This document shows positions 11,520 to 23,899 of a stretch of DNA of 64,000 nt, one piece after another (the first letter of the stretch is position 1; the number at the start of each line of letters is the position of its first letter). Under the pieces are notes generated by a model, which worked only from the letters and a program-made list of their open reading frames with translations, had not been told where the DNA came from and did no database searches. The translations under genes and the position numbers were made by a program. This DNA is from Convolutriloba macropyga. Lineage: Eukaryota. Where the stretch lies: the NCBI RefSeq assembly GCF_964194025.1, contig NC_134468.1:78430001-78494000 (forward strand), in the 5' to 3' direction.

Positions 11520-11760
11520 GAGTAGATTTGCGTCTCGGAAAATAAGTCAGCAGTAATTTGCCGTCTCAAAAAAGTTGTCAGCAGCATTTTGTCATCTCAG
11601 AAAAGTAGTCAGCAGTATTTTGCCATCTCAGAAAAGTAGTCGGAGGCATTGAATTTTTTCAGAAAAATATTAGAAGTGTTTAAAATAGTTAGAAGTGTTT
11701 TTTAGAAAAGTACTAAACGGCAATTTGTCATCTCAGAAAAGTAGTCAGAAGGAGTTGGAT
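11520..11760 (+). repeat. Degenerate ~30-bp tandem repeat (TTTGCCATCTCAGAAAAGTAGTCAGCAG)
   Basis: About 5 copies visible. Confidence 0.75.
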
Positions 11761-12118
11761 ATTTCATAAATGTAATAGAAGTTTTTTATAATTAGATTTT
11801 GATGATGATGTAAAGTAGTGCATAAAGTAACTTCATTTTCGAATGAAAAAAAGAGCTCCAACAGTGGTACGTCGAATTACAAAAAAACCAAACCATTTAG
11901 AACTCGTGCTTGGTATACTTATTACCCGTAAAGAGATTTTCAGAACTGAAAACAATCATAGGTATTCTACAATTTAATCTGAAAACAATCAGCCAGAATA
12001 CTTAATTTTTGTTGCATCGCAATTATTTCATTGATAAACACTTATAACTAAGGTCATACAATCACCGATGTTGAGGCCACAATAACTCTTTGTCTCAAGT
12101 TCGTCAACGTTAACAATT

Positions 12119-12204
12119 TGTACTTACCCTGTTGGGGTTTCCTCGCTGTCTGTAGTTGTTGACAGCTAACAGTCTGTACTTACCCTGTTGGGGTTTCCTC
12201 GCTG
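12119..12204 (+). repeat. Short direct duplication TGTACTTACCCTGTTGGGGTTTCCTCGCTG x2
   Basis: Exact 30-mer at ~12119 and ~12175. Confidence 0.9.
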
Positions 12205-13709
12205 AAGGCGATCGAGTGATCTCATTGCAATAATTTTCAAGTGATCATATGATATGATGATGATGAGGAACATAGAACATCCCTATCGGTTCCATGATTT
12301 GATATCAAGAAGGAATGTAAGATTGCAATCATTCAGTTATTACACTAGGCAAAATCTATAACAAAATTTGTTAAGTTTGCAAGTTATGAAGGTGTGGAAG
12401 GGGGGATGGTGGTGTTGTTGGTGGGTGAATGGGTTGGTGGGGGATTATTGGTACGTACTCAGTGTTGTGTAAGGAGGGTCTCCAAAAAAATTCACAAATA
12501 TATGTTTGTTCTACAATTTATTATTAAAAAGTTTGTTTTGTAAACTTTGTAATTCAATGTCTTTCCTTTAAACAATTTGCAAATGATATTTTGTTTCCAA
12601 TTAAATTGCAATTTTTTTTGCAAACAATTCACTCTTAGAAGTCTAGGATATGACGTTCATACAGTCCCTACGTATTCAATCATTCAGTTATTACGAAGTT
12701 CTTTCAGTCCATAAGTTTTCAACCACTCAGTAAATACGAAATTCATTCAGTCCATAAGTTTTCACTCTTTCAATTAATACGAAGTCTTTAGCGCTGCTGA
12801 ATCTGCACAGATGTAGCAGAACCGGAACCAGAACGCGCATCTCTTTGCGTTACTTAAGGATTTTTATATTTGGAAAAGTTTGAAGTTAAGTTTGAATTAA
12901 CAACTTGAATTGAAGGGAGAGAAAAAGGTATCAATCATGATTAAGAATCAAATACACGCAGTCGAAATATTTACAATGGTATAGTTAAGTTTACTGAATC
13001 TCGATTTGTAGTCTAAACATTGTCGAATTTGGACTGACAAGCTCTATTAGGTTACAATTTGGCCAAAAAGTGTCAAATGGATCAAAATATAATTCACAGG
13101 TTCCCGTTACTGTTGAGATAGTTGTCTCAGGACGTTGGGGACGAGGCAGTGCTGGTGCCAGTAGTACTCCCCAGAAGTTCTAAATTGGACTCAATTGCTG
13201 GCGATGGGATAGTGGGTGATACTGGGGATTCTGCAATGTCGAATTAGCTCTCCTGTGTAAGTGCTGGTGAGTATTCGAAAGTTTCTACTAAGGAATCTGT
13301 TGGGTGAATTTTTGATGATTTTAATTGCTGCAGCGTTTCTGGTGCGACTAAATCATGAGGCTCATCTAACAGCTCTGATCTCGAAGGACTGCTGAACAGA
13401 CCAACGGTAATAATTGTGATCTCGCTTTGCGGAGTTCAAATAGCTCCTCTCAACCTCATTTGTGAACGGGTTCTTTTACATATGGGCGGACACATGATCT
13501 TTTAAAAAATGAAATGCTTTTAAAATTTAAAGTGAATTGTTATTGAAATCTTTTTCAACAAAAAGTTGGACTGACATCTTATTGAGATAAATTTCCGTAA
13601 GACAAAAGTTTCGCATGACATATAACAAACTTGTATCGATTCAACGTTAATTACTGTTAAATGATTTTCAGTCAACATGTAATTACGTTGTTGACTGAAA
13701 TCAGTTGCA

Positions 13710-13990
13710 ATTAAACATCATCGAAGTTCACTTTTTTTATTCAGTAATACGATTTAGTGAAACTAAGCCGCAGGTGTTATCATGATCAAGTAAACTTTTA
13801 TTAACATCAGTTTTATTTTCAACTAAACATCATCGAAGATCGTTTTTTAATATTTAGTAATACTATTTAATGAAACTAAGCCGCAGGTGTTATCATGGTC
13901 AAGTACATTGCTAATTGACGTCAGTTTCATTTTCGACTAAACATCATTGAAATTCTCTATTTTTTAATTGCAATTTAGTAAAATTAGACC
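13710..13990 (+). repeat. ~113-bp tandem repeat (2-2.5 copies)
   Basis: TAAACATCATCGAA...GAAACTAAGCCGCAGGTGTTATCATG recurs. Confidence 0.8.
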
Positions 13991-15604
13991 TCATACATCA
14001 ACACTACATAGATTAATAATAACAAGCCTACGGCCTTATCATTATCAGGTTAAGGGATTATCAGGTGGTTTAATTCAAACTTCGTTCTAGTGTGGGGGAT
14101 TAAAAAAATTACTCGTTCAAAAAATACCCGGACCAGGGGCCACTGGACCGAGCTGCTGCTTTTTCCGAGGTTTTGCCTCTAATCTACTAAATGTTGACTG
14201 CATCAATTCATTTAACTGTTATTTCATCCTAAATGATGTGAAGCCCCAAAACGCGGGTCAAAAAAATTGGTCATTGTTCATTCATTCGTCACCTTTTGAC
14301 TATAAGAGTATGTGATATTACCAATCCTAAGCTGAAAGTCACAGTTATTCGACTTTGATTGGCTCTCACAGGATCATCTTCTGAAATGATTATGTTATAA
14401 CGGCACAATAATTTCCTGAAGTGTAATAGAACGAAGCAGATTTTAAAGAAAAGAATTAGAAGGGTTGACTTTTTTCAGAAAATTTTTCAAAATGTGATTG
14501 CAATCGCCTTTGTATTTCAGAAAAGTAATGCAATTATTAAATTTTCAGATAACTAATCTAACTATTTTGCATACGTTTGTTTCAGGTTATTCACATACGT
14601 TTGTGTCGGGTTATTCATATAAGTTTATTTTGGGTTCAACAAAGTAAAAAGATATTTTCCGTTTGTCCCCCCGCTTAGGTAGCCGCCCAATTTGGCCGAT
14701 AGGGCGTTTAGCCAACAACCAAAAACTGATAAAGCCCCTCCTCCCACCAGGGGAAAGTGGTGCAGCATAAGCGGGGTGAAGAGCCACTCTGTAATTGAAG
14801 GGCACTTTTGACGTACTAACGGGAGGTTGACAAATGGAAAAGATCCAATCAAATTCAAGATAGTCGGGAGTCGGGGATGTTTACGAGTGGCAAGTCTATA
14901 AATTAGTAAGTTTATAAATTTTGGATGAAAATATTGTTTAAAAATAATAAATTATAAATAAACAAATAACGTTTACAAATAAACCAAATGAACCAAATAA
15001 AGTTTACAAATAAAACAAACAAGCAAATACCAAGTTTGAACATAAAAAAGTTTATACTTATAATAATTTTTTGTTAAAATAAGTTAAAACTACAGCATCC
15101 CTTGCAGCTGTTCTGATATTTGTTGCTGTTTTGTGTCTGTGCATAAAGCGGCATCAAGAAACGTTGATTTCCATATGTCAAGGAAGCATCTTAATGCCAA
15201 CTGAGTTCAAGCAAATGAAGTATAGAAAATTAAGTATAGAAAAGTAGACACAAAAACAAACTCACCCTAGCCAATCACTTGTGAGCTAAGGCCATAGCAA
15301 CACAAATTTCATGTGGATTCCCCATTACAATGCAAAAAGAAAATGATTTTAACGTGTCATGAGGCCGCCTCTCAATTAGGAAAAAGAAATGTTTAAAATT
15401 GATTTACTTCGTGCATGGGGAAACCGCGAGACAAATTTTGAAAAAAATTATGTGTTGAACAGTATTAGGACTTGGACCCCGCATGACAAATTCTTAGGGG
15501 CTTCGAAATGACGAAAAATGGTTATTGCCGAGTAATGTAGAACGGTGCATTTGTTGATGACTAGCAAATAACAGAGCAGGTTTCATGACGCAGGCGACGC
15601 AAGG

Positions 15605-15681
15605 GCAGTTTAAAAATGAGCCCGGGCTCACATTTTAAAAATGAGCCAGGGCTCACAGTTTAAAAATGAGCCAGGTTTCAC
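15605..15681 (+). repeat. Tandem 25-bp hairpin unit GGGCTCACAGTTTAAAAATGAGCCA (~3 copies) abutting the Maverick end
   Basis: Direct reading; internal GGCTCA/TGAGCC inverted repeat. Confidence 0.85.
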
Positions 15682-17398
15682 AGTAGTAGTAGTAAAAATG
15701 CCTGTATTTTAGGGGCGGGGGTGGGGACTTGTCCCTTGTTAAAATACCGCCTTGGCCTTTTTAAAGTGCTCTTGTCGAAAACTTGAATGAGTGAAACTTG
15801 TAAATTTTTTCGAAAATTTTGCGATTTTTTTTAAAATTCTGAATCCTTTTTCTAGTCTAATGAGACTGAAAAGGGAAAGTGACTAACCTGATCGAATACT
15901 GAGGTAAGGGAGGAAAAACATAATTCAAATTTGTTAAGTTTTTGTTTGTCCATATGTATAAAATTTAATAGTTTTGCGAGTCTGAGACCGCACAAGTGGT
16001 ATTAATTTTATGGATTTTATCGCCCATATGTTTGAATTAACAAGAAAGTTCGAAGTAATGAAATTGGAAGTTTGATGAATTTCAAGCTTGGAGAGAAGTT
16101 GAAAATACAGTTTCAAAATGAAAGTAGCGCATGAGAAAGAATGGGGGACAAAATATTGTAAAAAATTACTGAAAAATTGCAGAAATTGGGGTTTTAAAGT
16201 TTTCTGAGAACTGGTTAAAAAAGTGATTATTTGGCTTCATTACTGTGTCGGGAAATGCTCGATATGGAGGCAGATTGATATTGGATAAAATTACGGGTTA
16301 AAAACAGTTTGATTGGAGCGCTTAGGGTGTGTTTTTGAGGTCATATTGTCCCAAAAACAGACAAAATTTTTGAAAAGAAGTGCAAAAATTGTTGTCTTTT
16401 GGTGGTAAAAATTTAAAACAAAAATTTTCGTGCCAATAAGCAGTTTTAAACATTTTTAAAAATATTAAAATTTGATAGATCAACTACTAATAAGGAATCG
16501 GGTTTATATTAAATATTTTTAAGTGATAACTTTTGCCTACATTTTTTGTATTTTTTGATAAAAAAGCCCAAAAATGTTTAGAAATTGGTAATTTTTGAGA
16601 TGAGAACGAAGAATTAAATGTTCTATGCTAGTGTAAATGAAGTTGGCAACAAATTGTTAATTTTTTATTATTTTTTGGCAATTTCTGAAAAAAAGTGAAG
16701 AAATTGATGTCTCTTGGTCAAAGAAAGTGGAAGTGTTGTTTCATAGTTGAAACGCAATCTACAATGAAAATTTGTCTTTTAACAGCTTGGCGAACCAGAC
16801 AATAGTGATTGACTGGGTGCTGAATAATTTTTTTATGTTATTTTTTATGTGTTTTATTTAAAACCATCACTATTTTGCATATCAAATGCTATAAAAGAAC
16901 AGTCGGCTATAAAATAGCTGACGTCCAATTGTACAGTATTCAGTGTAAAAGGTCATTTTATTTATGTATGCTGCAATTGTGGATAAAAAAGTGTGAGAGA
17001 TTAAGAACAAAAAAAGGCATGATTTCGACAATTATGCCGGAGATTATCCCTCTTATGTTTTTATGAAGACTTCTTTGAATTGTTTATGTACAATTTCGGT
17101 ACATGGTAGACAAAAATTTGGTTGTGGCAACCAAAAAACTTGGCTGAGTTTGAGTTTGAGTTCTATTTTTAGCATATCTGTGCAATCGACCATGTAAAGC
17201 CAAAGTTAGGAAAAGTGCTCTTAAATAGTTTTATTGTTATTGCATTTTCTTTACAATTAAATTTGAAGTAAGCTGAATTTTATAAATTCCTCTTACAGCG
17301 CGTTCATACCATTTAGAGTGTATTTTGAATCCACAACGGAAACAAAGGTATGACTGAAAAATTTTCCTTTCAAGATAATAGTGACTTTTACTACAAAA
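15682..17398 (+). repeat. Left terminal inverted repeat arm (~1.7 kb)
   Basis: Colinear with the reverse complement of ~26305-28086, roughly 80% identical by eye. Confidence 0.85.
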
Positions 17399-17610
17399 TT
17401 TCGTGCTATAGCAAACGAATTGTTGCTTCAGTGAAAATGTACAAAACCGCGGGAACATATATTACGCTACGACTCTTCAAAAAAGACTCCAAGGATTTTT
17501 GTTTGAACCAAAGAATAACTCTCTCAGCTGCTGATTTCGATCTTCTCGGCGTGAAAATAAGAACGATTCAAGATCTATCGTCTAACGGAACTGCAAAGAA
17601 AAACAATTGA
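17350..17610 (+). CDS. Small PC4/ssDNA-binding-like protein of the Maverick
   Basis: RIVASVKMYK...YITLRLFKK...QRITLSAADFDLL follows the PC4 beta-beta-beta-(I.LS..F..L)-helix pattern. Confidence 0.45.
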   Translation: MTEKFSFQDNSDFYYKISCYSKRIVASVKMYKTAGTYITLRLFKKDSKDFCLNQRITLSAADFDLLGVKIRTIQDLSSNGTAKKNN

Positions 17611-17738
17611 AGGCAACAAACTGGTTGTGAAAGTGATCTGGATGAAAGACCCCAGTACGAAGGTGGAAGAGCAAACAAACTGCGACAAAAAATTACAGTT
17701 AGAGCAAGTGAAAGTGACAAAGAGAATTAATTACCAAA

Positions 17739-18341
17739 ATGGTGGAGGCAGTGGTTGGGCACACACATGAACATTCTTGTCAGTTTGCCAAACAATATCG
17801 CTACTTTATATGTCAAAGTGAGCCTATATTTGACCATGCAGTACCAAAGAACTCTGCCTACAGCTTGCGCATGAATGAAGATTTTTGTAAAGTACCTGGA
17901 TTTCATTATCATATTATTGCCTCTAATGATCAACTTTCTGACTTTTTCAAGTCTACAGCATCCAATTCGTTCAGTATAACTTTCCTTTTCACCTGTTTTA
18001 AAATACCTATTAAATCTAACTTAACAAATATAATTTAACGTGGTATAATAATGAAAAAAATTGATCAAGCGGTCAACTCCAATGAGCAGCACCAATTGAA
18101 CTTTACAAACTCTAAGCGAAAATTACCTAACGCTGATTGTGTTTTTACCAATAGGGTTCAAACTCAAACTATTTTTTTGCCTACTTGTACAATTGACAGA
18201 GTTTGTACTGTTTATAAGGGTGGTCTGTACGGTGAGCTCTCCAAAATAATTGATATATTAAATAGTGGCTATGGTTGTTTGCATGTTGACAATAGTTTGA
18301 TGTTGTTAAATTTTAATTTGGAATTGAAATCTTCTAATTAA
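17739..18341 (+). pseudogene. Maverick hypothetical protein (split ORFs 17739..18038 and 18051..18341), His/Cys-rich with FHYHII motif
   Basis: Two ORFs in the same frame separated by one stop; convergent with the protease gene. Confidence 0.45.
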
Positions 18342-18399
18342 GAATTGTCATCTTTGTTGTTTTTAAGAAAAAAAATGAACAAAAAACTAATTAAAAAGA

Positions 18400-18823
18400 T
18401 TAAAGCACATGATTAGCAAAATGTAGCAAATCATTATTGTTCATTTTCAATATTAAAGGATATTCGTAGCCAAACATCACATGCGCAATATAAATACAAA
18501 AAGGTCCGCAAAAAATTCGAGTTTTGATTTTGACCTGGCTTAGGTTTGAGTACTTGAGTTACTTCATTGTGAAATTGCACCAGACGGGAATACAATATTT
18601 GATAGTTTTGTATCGGGATTCCAAACGGGTCAGCCAAACAAACTTTTTTGTGAAACAAAAGAACCATCCAAGGACTTCCTTCATATTGCGCTGGTGGAGC
18701 ATTAACTATGAAAAATCTTTCTCTTGTTGGCATTTGGAAATTTTCTGCTGCAAAAATTCCATAAAAACAATATTTCAACTGAATACATTTTTCCAACAAA
18801 TAGCGTATTTCGTCACTATCCAT
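18400..18823 (-). pseudogene. Adenain-like cysteine (maturation) protease
   Basis: FYGIFAA..FIVN...GS(P)W...ADPFG...QNQNSN, then frameshift to CGPFCIY; catalytic His position reads Pro. Confidence 0.88.
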
Positions 18824-20082
18824 CGGTGGGGTGGCTGATAATTGAGATTTTTGGCACCTTTCGTTCCGAATTAATATGAACCGTTGAGCTTCTTTCGCCC
18901 AAAAGTAAAAATTCTACGTTGGCTGCCAATGCTCCGTCAAATGTAAGTTAAACCGAAATTGAGCAATTTGTAAGTTCTGGATGAATAGAATCATGAGAAG
19001 CCTCTTGCAAAACCTGTCGAAGTTAAATCGATAGCTACAATAAAGTGATTTGGATAATTGTCTAAAGTTATGCCATGCCCACTTTTGTCTAGAATATCCA
19101 GGGCTTTCAGAGTAATGAAGTAAATGCGGTGGTTGAAAGTTGTTGAGACCAGAGCTCCAACAATAGGTTGATCCTTTCTTTGAACAACAATTTGGCTCAA
19201 ACTGAAAAGAGAAAAAGATAAGTGTAATTAATTCCGAGGTATGCTTGATTTGTTGCCCTTGCACTTATCATACGTCGTACAGGTTCTTTCGAGAAAAAAT
19301 TGTCATGGCTCTAACTTCTTCTTCCATTTGTAAAAAAAGTTCGAGGCACGTCAAAACATGATCCGCTTTTGTCATTTTTCTAACGTACAGATTATCTTCA
19401 ATTATTTTAACTTGGTAATGTTTGTTGGTCTTTGAAATTAAAACAAAATCATTAGTAGACCTTCTAATTGAAATTTGCAGAGTGACACCACTAAGTAGGT
19501 GTTTATCACAAGTTAAAACATCACTCGCCGGCTTTCCAATAAAATGATTTTCCTGGGAATTAGCAACAAGAGCTTTTCTGGCCGCTACATCGTCCACGCG
19601 ATCATCGGTGCCATCAATTTTAGCTGGCTCATCCTTGTAATATTATCCCTGACAAATTAGCCATGTGGTTTTGCAATTTTTCCGGACAAAAATTCCGTTT
19701 CAATGAATTCTTTGTGCGCATAAAATCCGTTTGTGTTGGAAACTTTGACACCGTTAGCAGATACAATGCATTTTGAAAACAATCTAATGCGTTGATGCTT
19801 AAATATGGCGCGTCTGTATTTGTAGCGTTAGTTTCTGTACTTAAATCGCCAACATTGTTTTGGGAGAATTTGCATTTAGTTTCAAGGAAAAGTTTTTTGT
19901 AAATCTTTGAAATTGTTCCAGTCACCCAAAACTTCAAACTCAAGAATTGGACCGTCCGGGGAATATGATGATGGTACGACTTTTTGAGTAAAAGCATTGT
20001 CAATAGTAATAGGCAGAGGCTGTTTTTCAAACAAATCAAGTGTGGTGTGTGTTGCCTCTGCGGGCAGTAATTTAGTAATCAT
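18816..20082 (-). pseudogene. Polinton major capsid protein (double jelly-roll, PY)
   Basis: LDLFEKQP..., PILEFEVLG...F.DLQK, NG..VS...YAHKEFIET, DKHLLSGVTLQISIRR, I.E.NLYVRK, HGITLDNY...DLT; many frameshifts. Confidence 0.88.
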
Positions 20083-20167
20083 TTTCAACTATTGAAAAAA
20101 AATTTGGCCAAGATTTCTTCACAGGCTTTTTCTGAATGCCTTGTTTTGGCTTTTCAGCGTTGTTTTT

Positions 20168-20470
20168 TCAATTTACGCATATTTTTTGGTTTTTGATTGG
20201 CCCACATGTTTTTTTCTTACAGTTTTTTGCACAGTCGAATTTATTGCTTGTTTTGGAGACTTTTTTTGAAACTACATGTTTCAGCTCCGGAGCTTCATTC
20301 ACAATTAATTCACGTCCAATCTTTTTGGCTACAGGCCAAAGAAACTTTCGTGCAATCGGTAATGCAGCCCTGCCAATACCTGCTGCTGAAGCCCCAAAAC
20401 CCCTTCCTCGTTGGCGATAGTGTCCTGAAAAGTATGGTGACACTGATTGCTGTTGATAGTAGGCTTCCAT
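20168..20470 (-). pseudogene. Polinton basic core-like protein with GxG protease-cleavage motif
   Basis: MEAYYQQQ...FSG.YRQRGRGFG...GRAALPIARK...K.IGREL; lies immediately upstream of the MCP. Confidence 0.78.
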
Positions 20471-21325
20471 TTATTCAATTCTTTTAAAATTTAAAATCAA
20501 AATAACTTTTCCTGTTCCACCGAGTGGAACTAATTGCCCAGTTTGTGTCCCCAATTGAATTTCAATTGACTGAAAATTTTTTGATAATAATTTTTGTATT
20601 CCAAGTTGCTGAAAACAATTCTGTGTGTTGGCTCTATTTGGCAGGGCTACCATTTTTAGGCGTTGTTTTGAATCACTGACTCGAATAAGAGGAGCTTTAG
20701 TATCATCTACGTATTTATACTCAATTATGTTAACGTAAATAAAAAAAGTGCTTCCCTGCAGATAAATCAAAAGGATAATCAACAACAAAAGTCTTTTCTT
20801 TGTCACCTGCCATGGTCAGATTTCGAAAAATTTCCAACATCTTGTAGCCAATATGCTAAGCAGACCTATCATGGATACCGTTGAAACCTAGAATGCTTGG
20901 AACTTTTTTATCCGGAAAAGTGATTGATTTTTTTAACCAAATAAGAGGAACAAAACTCCGTTGTTTTTGTTAAATTGACAGTCAAAATGAATCAATTGGG
21001 TAGCTGTTTTAAAGGATCTCAAAATATGGTCGCGGTTTTTAAGGGAACCAATTCCAATGACAGCTTGTTCTCCTCCGTATGGTCTGGAGACAGCATCAAA
21101 TAGAATACTTTTCTCACAAAATTTAAAGCCTTAAGAAGAAAATATATTCAAATCACTTCTGTTAAATTGATTTATTTTTGCCGGGAAGATAATTTCACTT
21201 AGTGCAACTCGCCAATCCCCCTCCAATTTAATTTCATTGAAATAGTTTTTGAAAGAGGATAAGGTGTTTTGAGGAACAATACTCATAGAGGCTGATGAAA
21301 CTAAGTGAATTGTGAATTCATTCAA
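20471..21325 (-). pseudogene. Polinton minor capsid/penton-like protein
   Basis: FTIHLVSSAS..PQNTLSSFKN...L.GDWRVALSEIIFP at the N-terminus; FIYVNIIEY..V.DTKAPLIR...IEIQL...G..VP.G.GKVILILNFK at the C-terminus. Confidence 0.85.
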
Positions 21326-22200
21326 GCTTTGTTATTTCACTAATATTGTCTCTAACTTTGACCAACTCTAATTCATAAAAATTTCATTAGACTGGGTCTT
21401 GGGATGCATCAATGAGTCTATAAGTAGGGGAATGTGTTGCAGGTATATCATAAATCTGAAATTCTTTGTCGGTAAATGTTTGCTTGTATCCTGTTCTAAA
21501 GGGAAGATCCGCTTCTGATATTCGCATGAAGTCCCAACGTAGGATTTTGTCCGGCGAACTAGTTTTGCTGAAGCACAAAAATTTAATGTTATCAAGTAAG
21601 AAACGTCTTTTTTTTTATCATTTTATTCGGCCCAAACTTTGTTACCCTGTTGACTCTTGAGTTAAAAGTTCGTACAAAGCTTTACAATTGATTAATACAC
21701 GAATATGTCCATTTGTGGTCTAAATACTTGTATATCAAATTCTTGAGCGAGCGTATATTTTTTTCCGCATTCCGCAAAGTCCGATTTTTTCACTGAAAAA
21801 TTTATAAACTTCATTTTCATTTTTCTGACATAAAGTGCTGAAGGAGCTCTTGAATTCGGTACCAGCATCTAACCACACTTTTTTAGGTCGCTTGTTCTTT
21901 ATCATTTTCTTAAACGCATCTGCTGTTGTTCTGGCGTACTTTGATTTTCAGGGTTCGACTCGTGAATAACGTTAGAGATCGTCCACCGCAACCAATAATT
22001 ATTTCACATCGTTGTTCTGTTTTGCTAATTTAACCACATCAGCCAAGTCTAAAGACCAAATCTCACGTATGTTGTAAGCAATAATTTTCAGTGTTTGAAA
22101 ACTTTTTCTATATTTTTTATGCTTTGTATGAGCTTGTTTGCCCTCTAGAGACAACTTCCTTCATAAACTGATTTTTGAGAACCAAAAAAAAATTTTCAGC
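21318..22200 (-). pseudogene. Retroviral-like (rve) c-integrase
   Basis: Manual translation: EIWSLDLAD..LAKQN.....LLVAVD, RPKKVWLDAGTEFK, PFRTGYKQTFT.EF.I....PTYRLID; stops and frameshifts. Confidence 0.9.
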
Positions 22201-22450
22201 AAATGACATTGCTTTACTCAAATTGATGAAAAGAAAATTAATGATGAGTTGAATCTGTTCGAAACCGGTTTTTGTTAGTAAAAATGCTCGTCGTTTATCC
22301 CTTGATGAGTTTTTTTGGGAATGCCTTTAAATATGTGTCTGTATTTTTCTAAGTCTCTTTTTTCACTCTCACATTTCTCAGTAAAACATTGTGAGGACAT
22401 TCACAAAAAACCAGTAAAACATCACTATCACATCTAATTTTCACTATCAA
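22200..22450 (-). pseudogene. Small conserved Polinton basic protein
   Basis: Manual translation: FCECPHNVLLRNV....LEKYR......S.DKRR.FL..TG, in the usual slot between ATPase and integrase. Confidence 0.6.
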
Positions 22451-23166
22451 ACATTTTCCTAACTGTTTTGGCTGCAAATGCAAGTTTTGCTTCAGTATTG
22501 ATAAAGTTTTCTCTTTCATTGTTTAGAGGAGTCGCTTCTGCTTTATCAGATGGAAGATAGAAAACTGTACGAACCGGCTGAGTAATATTTGAACCGTGTC
22601 GTAAACAATCAGAAATTCATTTTGGGGTCAAAATCAATGAGCAAATGCCCAAACGGTTCTTTCGCTGCCAATTGATAGCAGTGTTTTAAAAACTTAACAG
22701 GGTTCATTTGTTTGCCTAAAAACTCGACATTTTGAAAATCGTGGGCTGATTTGATCAAAACGATATGTGATGTGTTCAAGTGTATTGTACGAGACCACTT
22801 GCTGTGTTGATAAAGTTTGTGCTTTATTAAAAAAACCTTAAAAGTTTTGTGACGCCCTGCCGTGGCCAATTTACCAAATTCTACGTCATTTTAAATTTCT
22901 TCGCGCGATTCGTCCATTGTCAGAAGGCAGTTTGCAAGGCGAATCAAAATGTCTGAATAGGCGTACTTTTTGAACGTAACACCATGTATTTTCTCCATTT
23001 TGATGTATATCTGTTGCATTTCTCGGTATAAAAATATAAAGTTATTAAATTTTGGTTAAAATGTGTTTCCGCCCAGCATTTTGAAAATTAACTCTGTTTT
23101 GCCACAGCCTGGAGGACCTGCAAGGGCCATGAAGACACTGTCTTGCGTAGACAGAATCTTATTCAT
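22434..23166 (-). pseudogene. A32/FtsK-type DNA packaging ATPase
   Basis: MNKILSTQDSVFMALAGPPGCGKT (Walker A), CLLTMDE (Walker B), LATAGRH, SRTIHLNTSHIVL, PFGHLLID; internal stops. Confidence 0.9.
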
Positions 23167-23449
23167 AGTTTTGGATTTAGTATAAAGTATCCAACTAAAC
23201 TTGACAATATTGATATCCAAACTGATGTTTCTTCACAATATGGTTTTAAAAGGGTTAATTTAACAATGCAAAGTGATATTAGCAGTATTTTAACAAACAT
23301 TTGATTGAACTTCTGACAATGGCAACGTTTTTCCATTACCAAAATTCGTCGAAGATTTGCTGCTACTTTTTTTCAAAAAAAACTTCTTCTACAACAGCGT
23401 CAACTCGATCAACTGTTACTCCCTCCATCTCAAGACAAAATAATTTTTT

Positions 23450-23880
23450 TTAAAAAAATGTATTGAGAAAAAGTCACTCTACATAAAAAATTTCATAGCA
23501 ATTGAACTCAGTTAGAAAGTCTTTCACATGAAATATAAAGCACTCAGAGGGTCTCTCAGTTTTGTCATAATGAACAATTTTGTGTACTCTTTCTTCCTTC
23601 GCCAAGCGTTGAATCTCTGGGCAGTGAAGGATCGTTCTTTTCAATTTCTTCAACAACCGGGTGCTTCGACATCCGTAAGGGTTGAATTTTCGACATTTTG
23701 CTTTCTCTACTGAAGAAAAAGTTCAATATAATATACAAATTGAGTAAATGAGCGAATTTCGTCCGCAGTCAGCAACAATTTAACAATTCTCTGTAAAAAC
23801 TGGTTTCTGGTTTTTATGGTTTTGTCTTTGGAAATTGAATGACTCAGATTTCCGTCCCTCGTAATCAAGGCGCAAATTGT
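23450..23880 (-). pseudogene. Maverick hypothetical protein remnant
   Basis: ORF fragments 23707..23970 and 23474..23656 co-oriented with the structural cluster; no motif recognised. Confidence 0.35.
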
Positions 23881-23899
23881 TGAATTCGGTGACAAGGGT

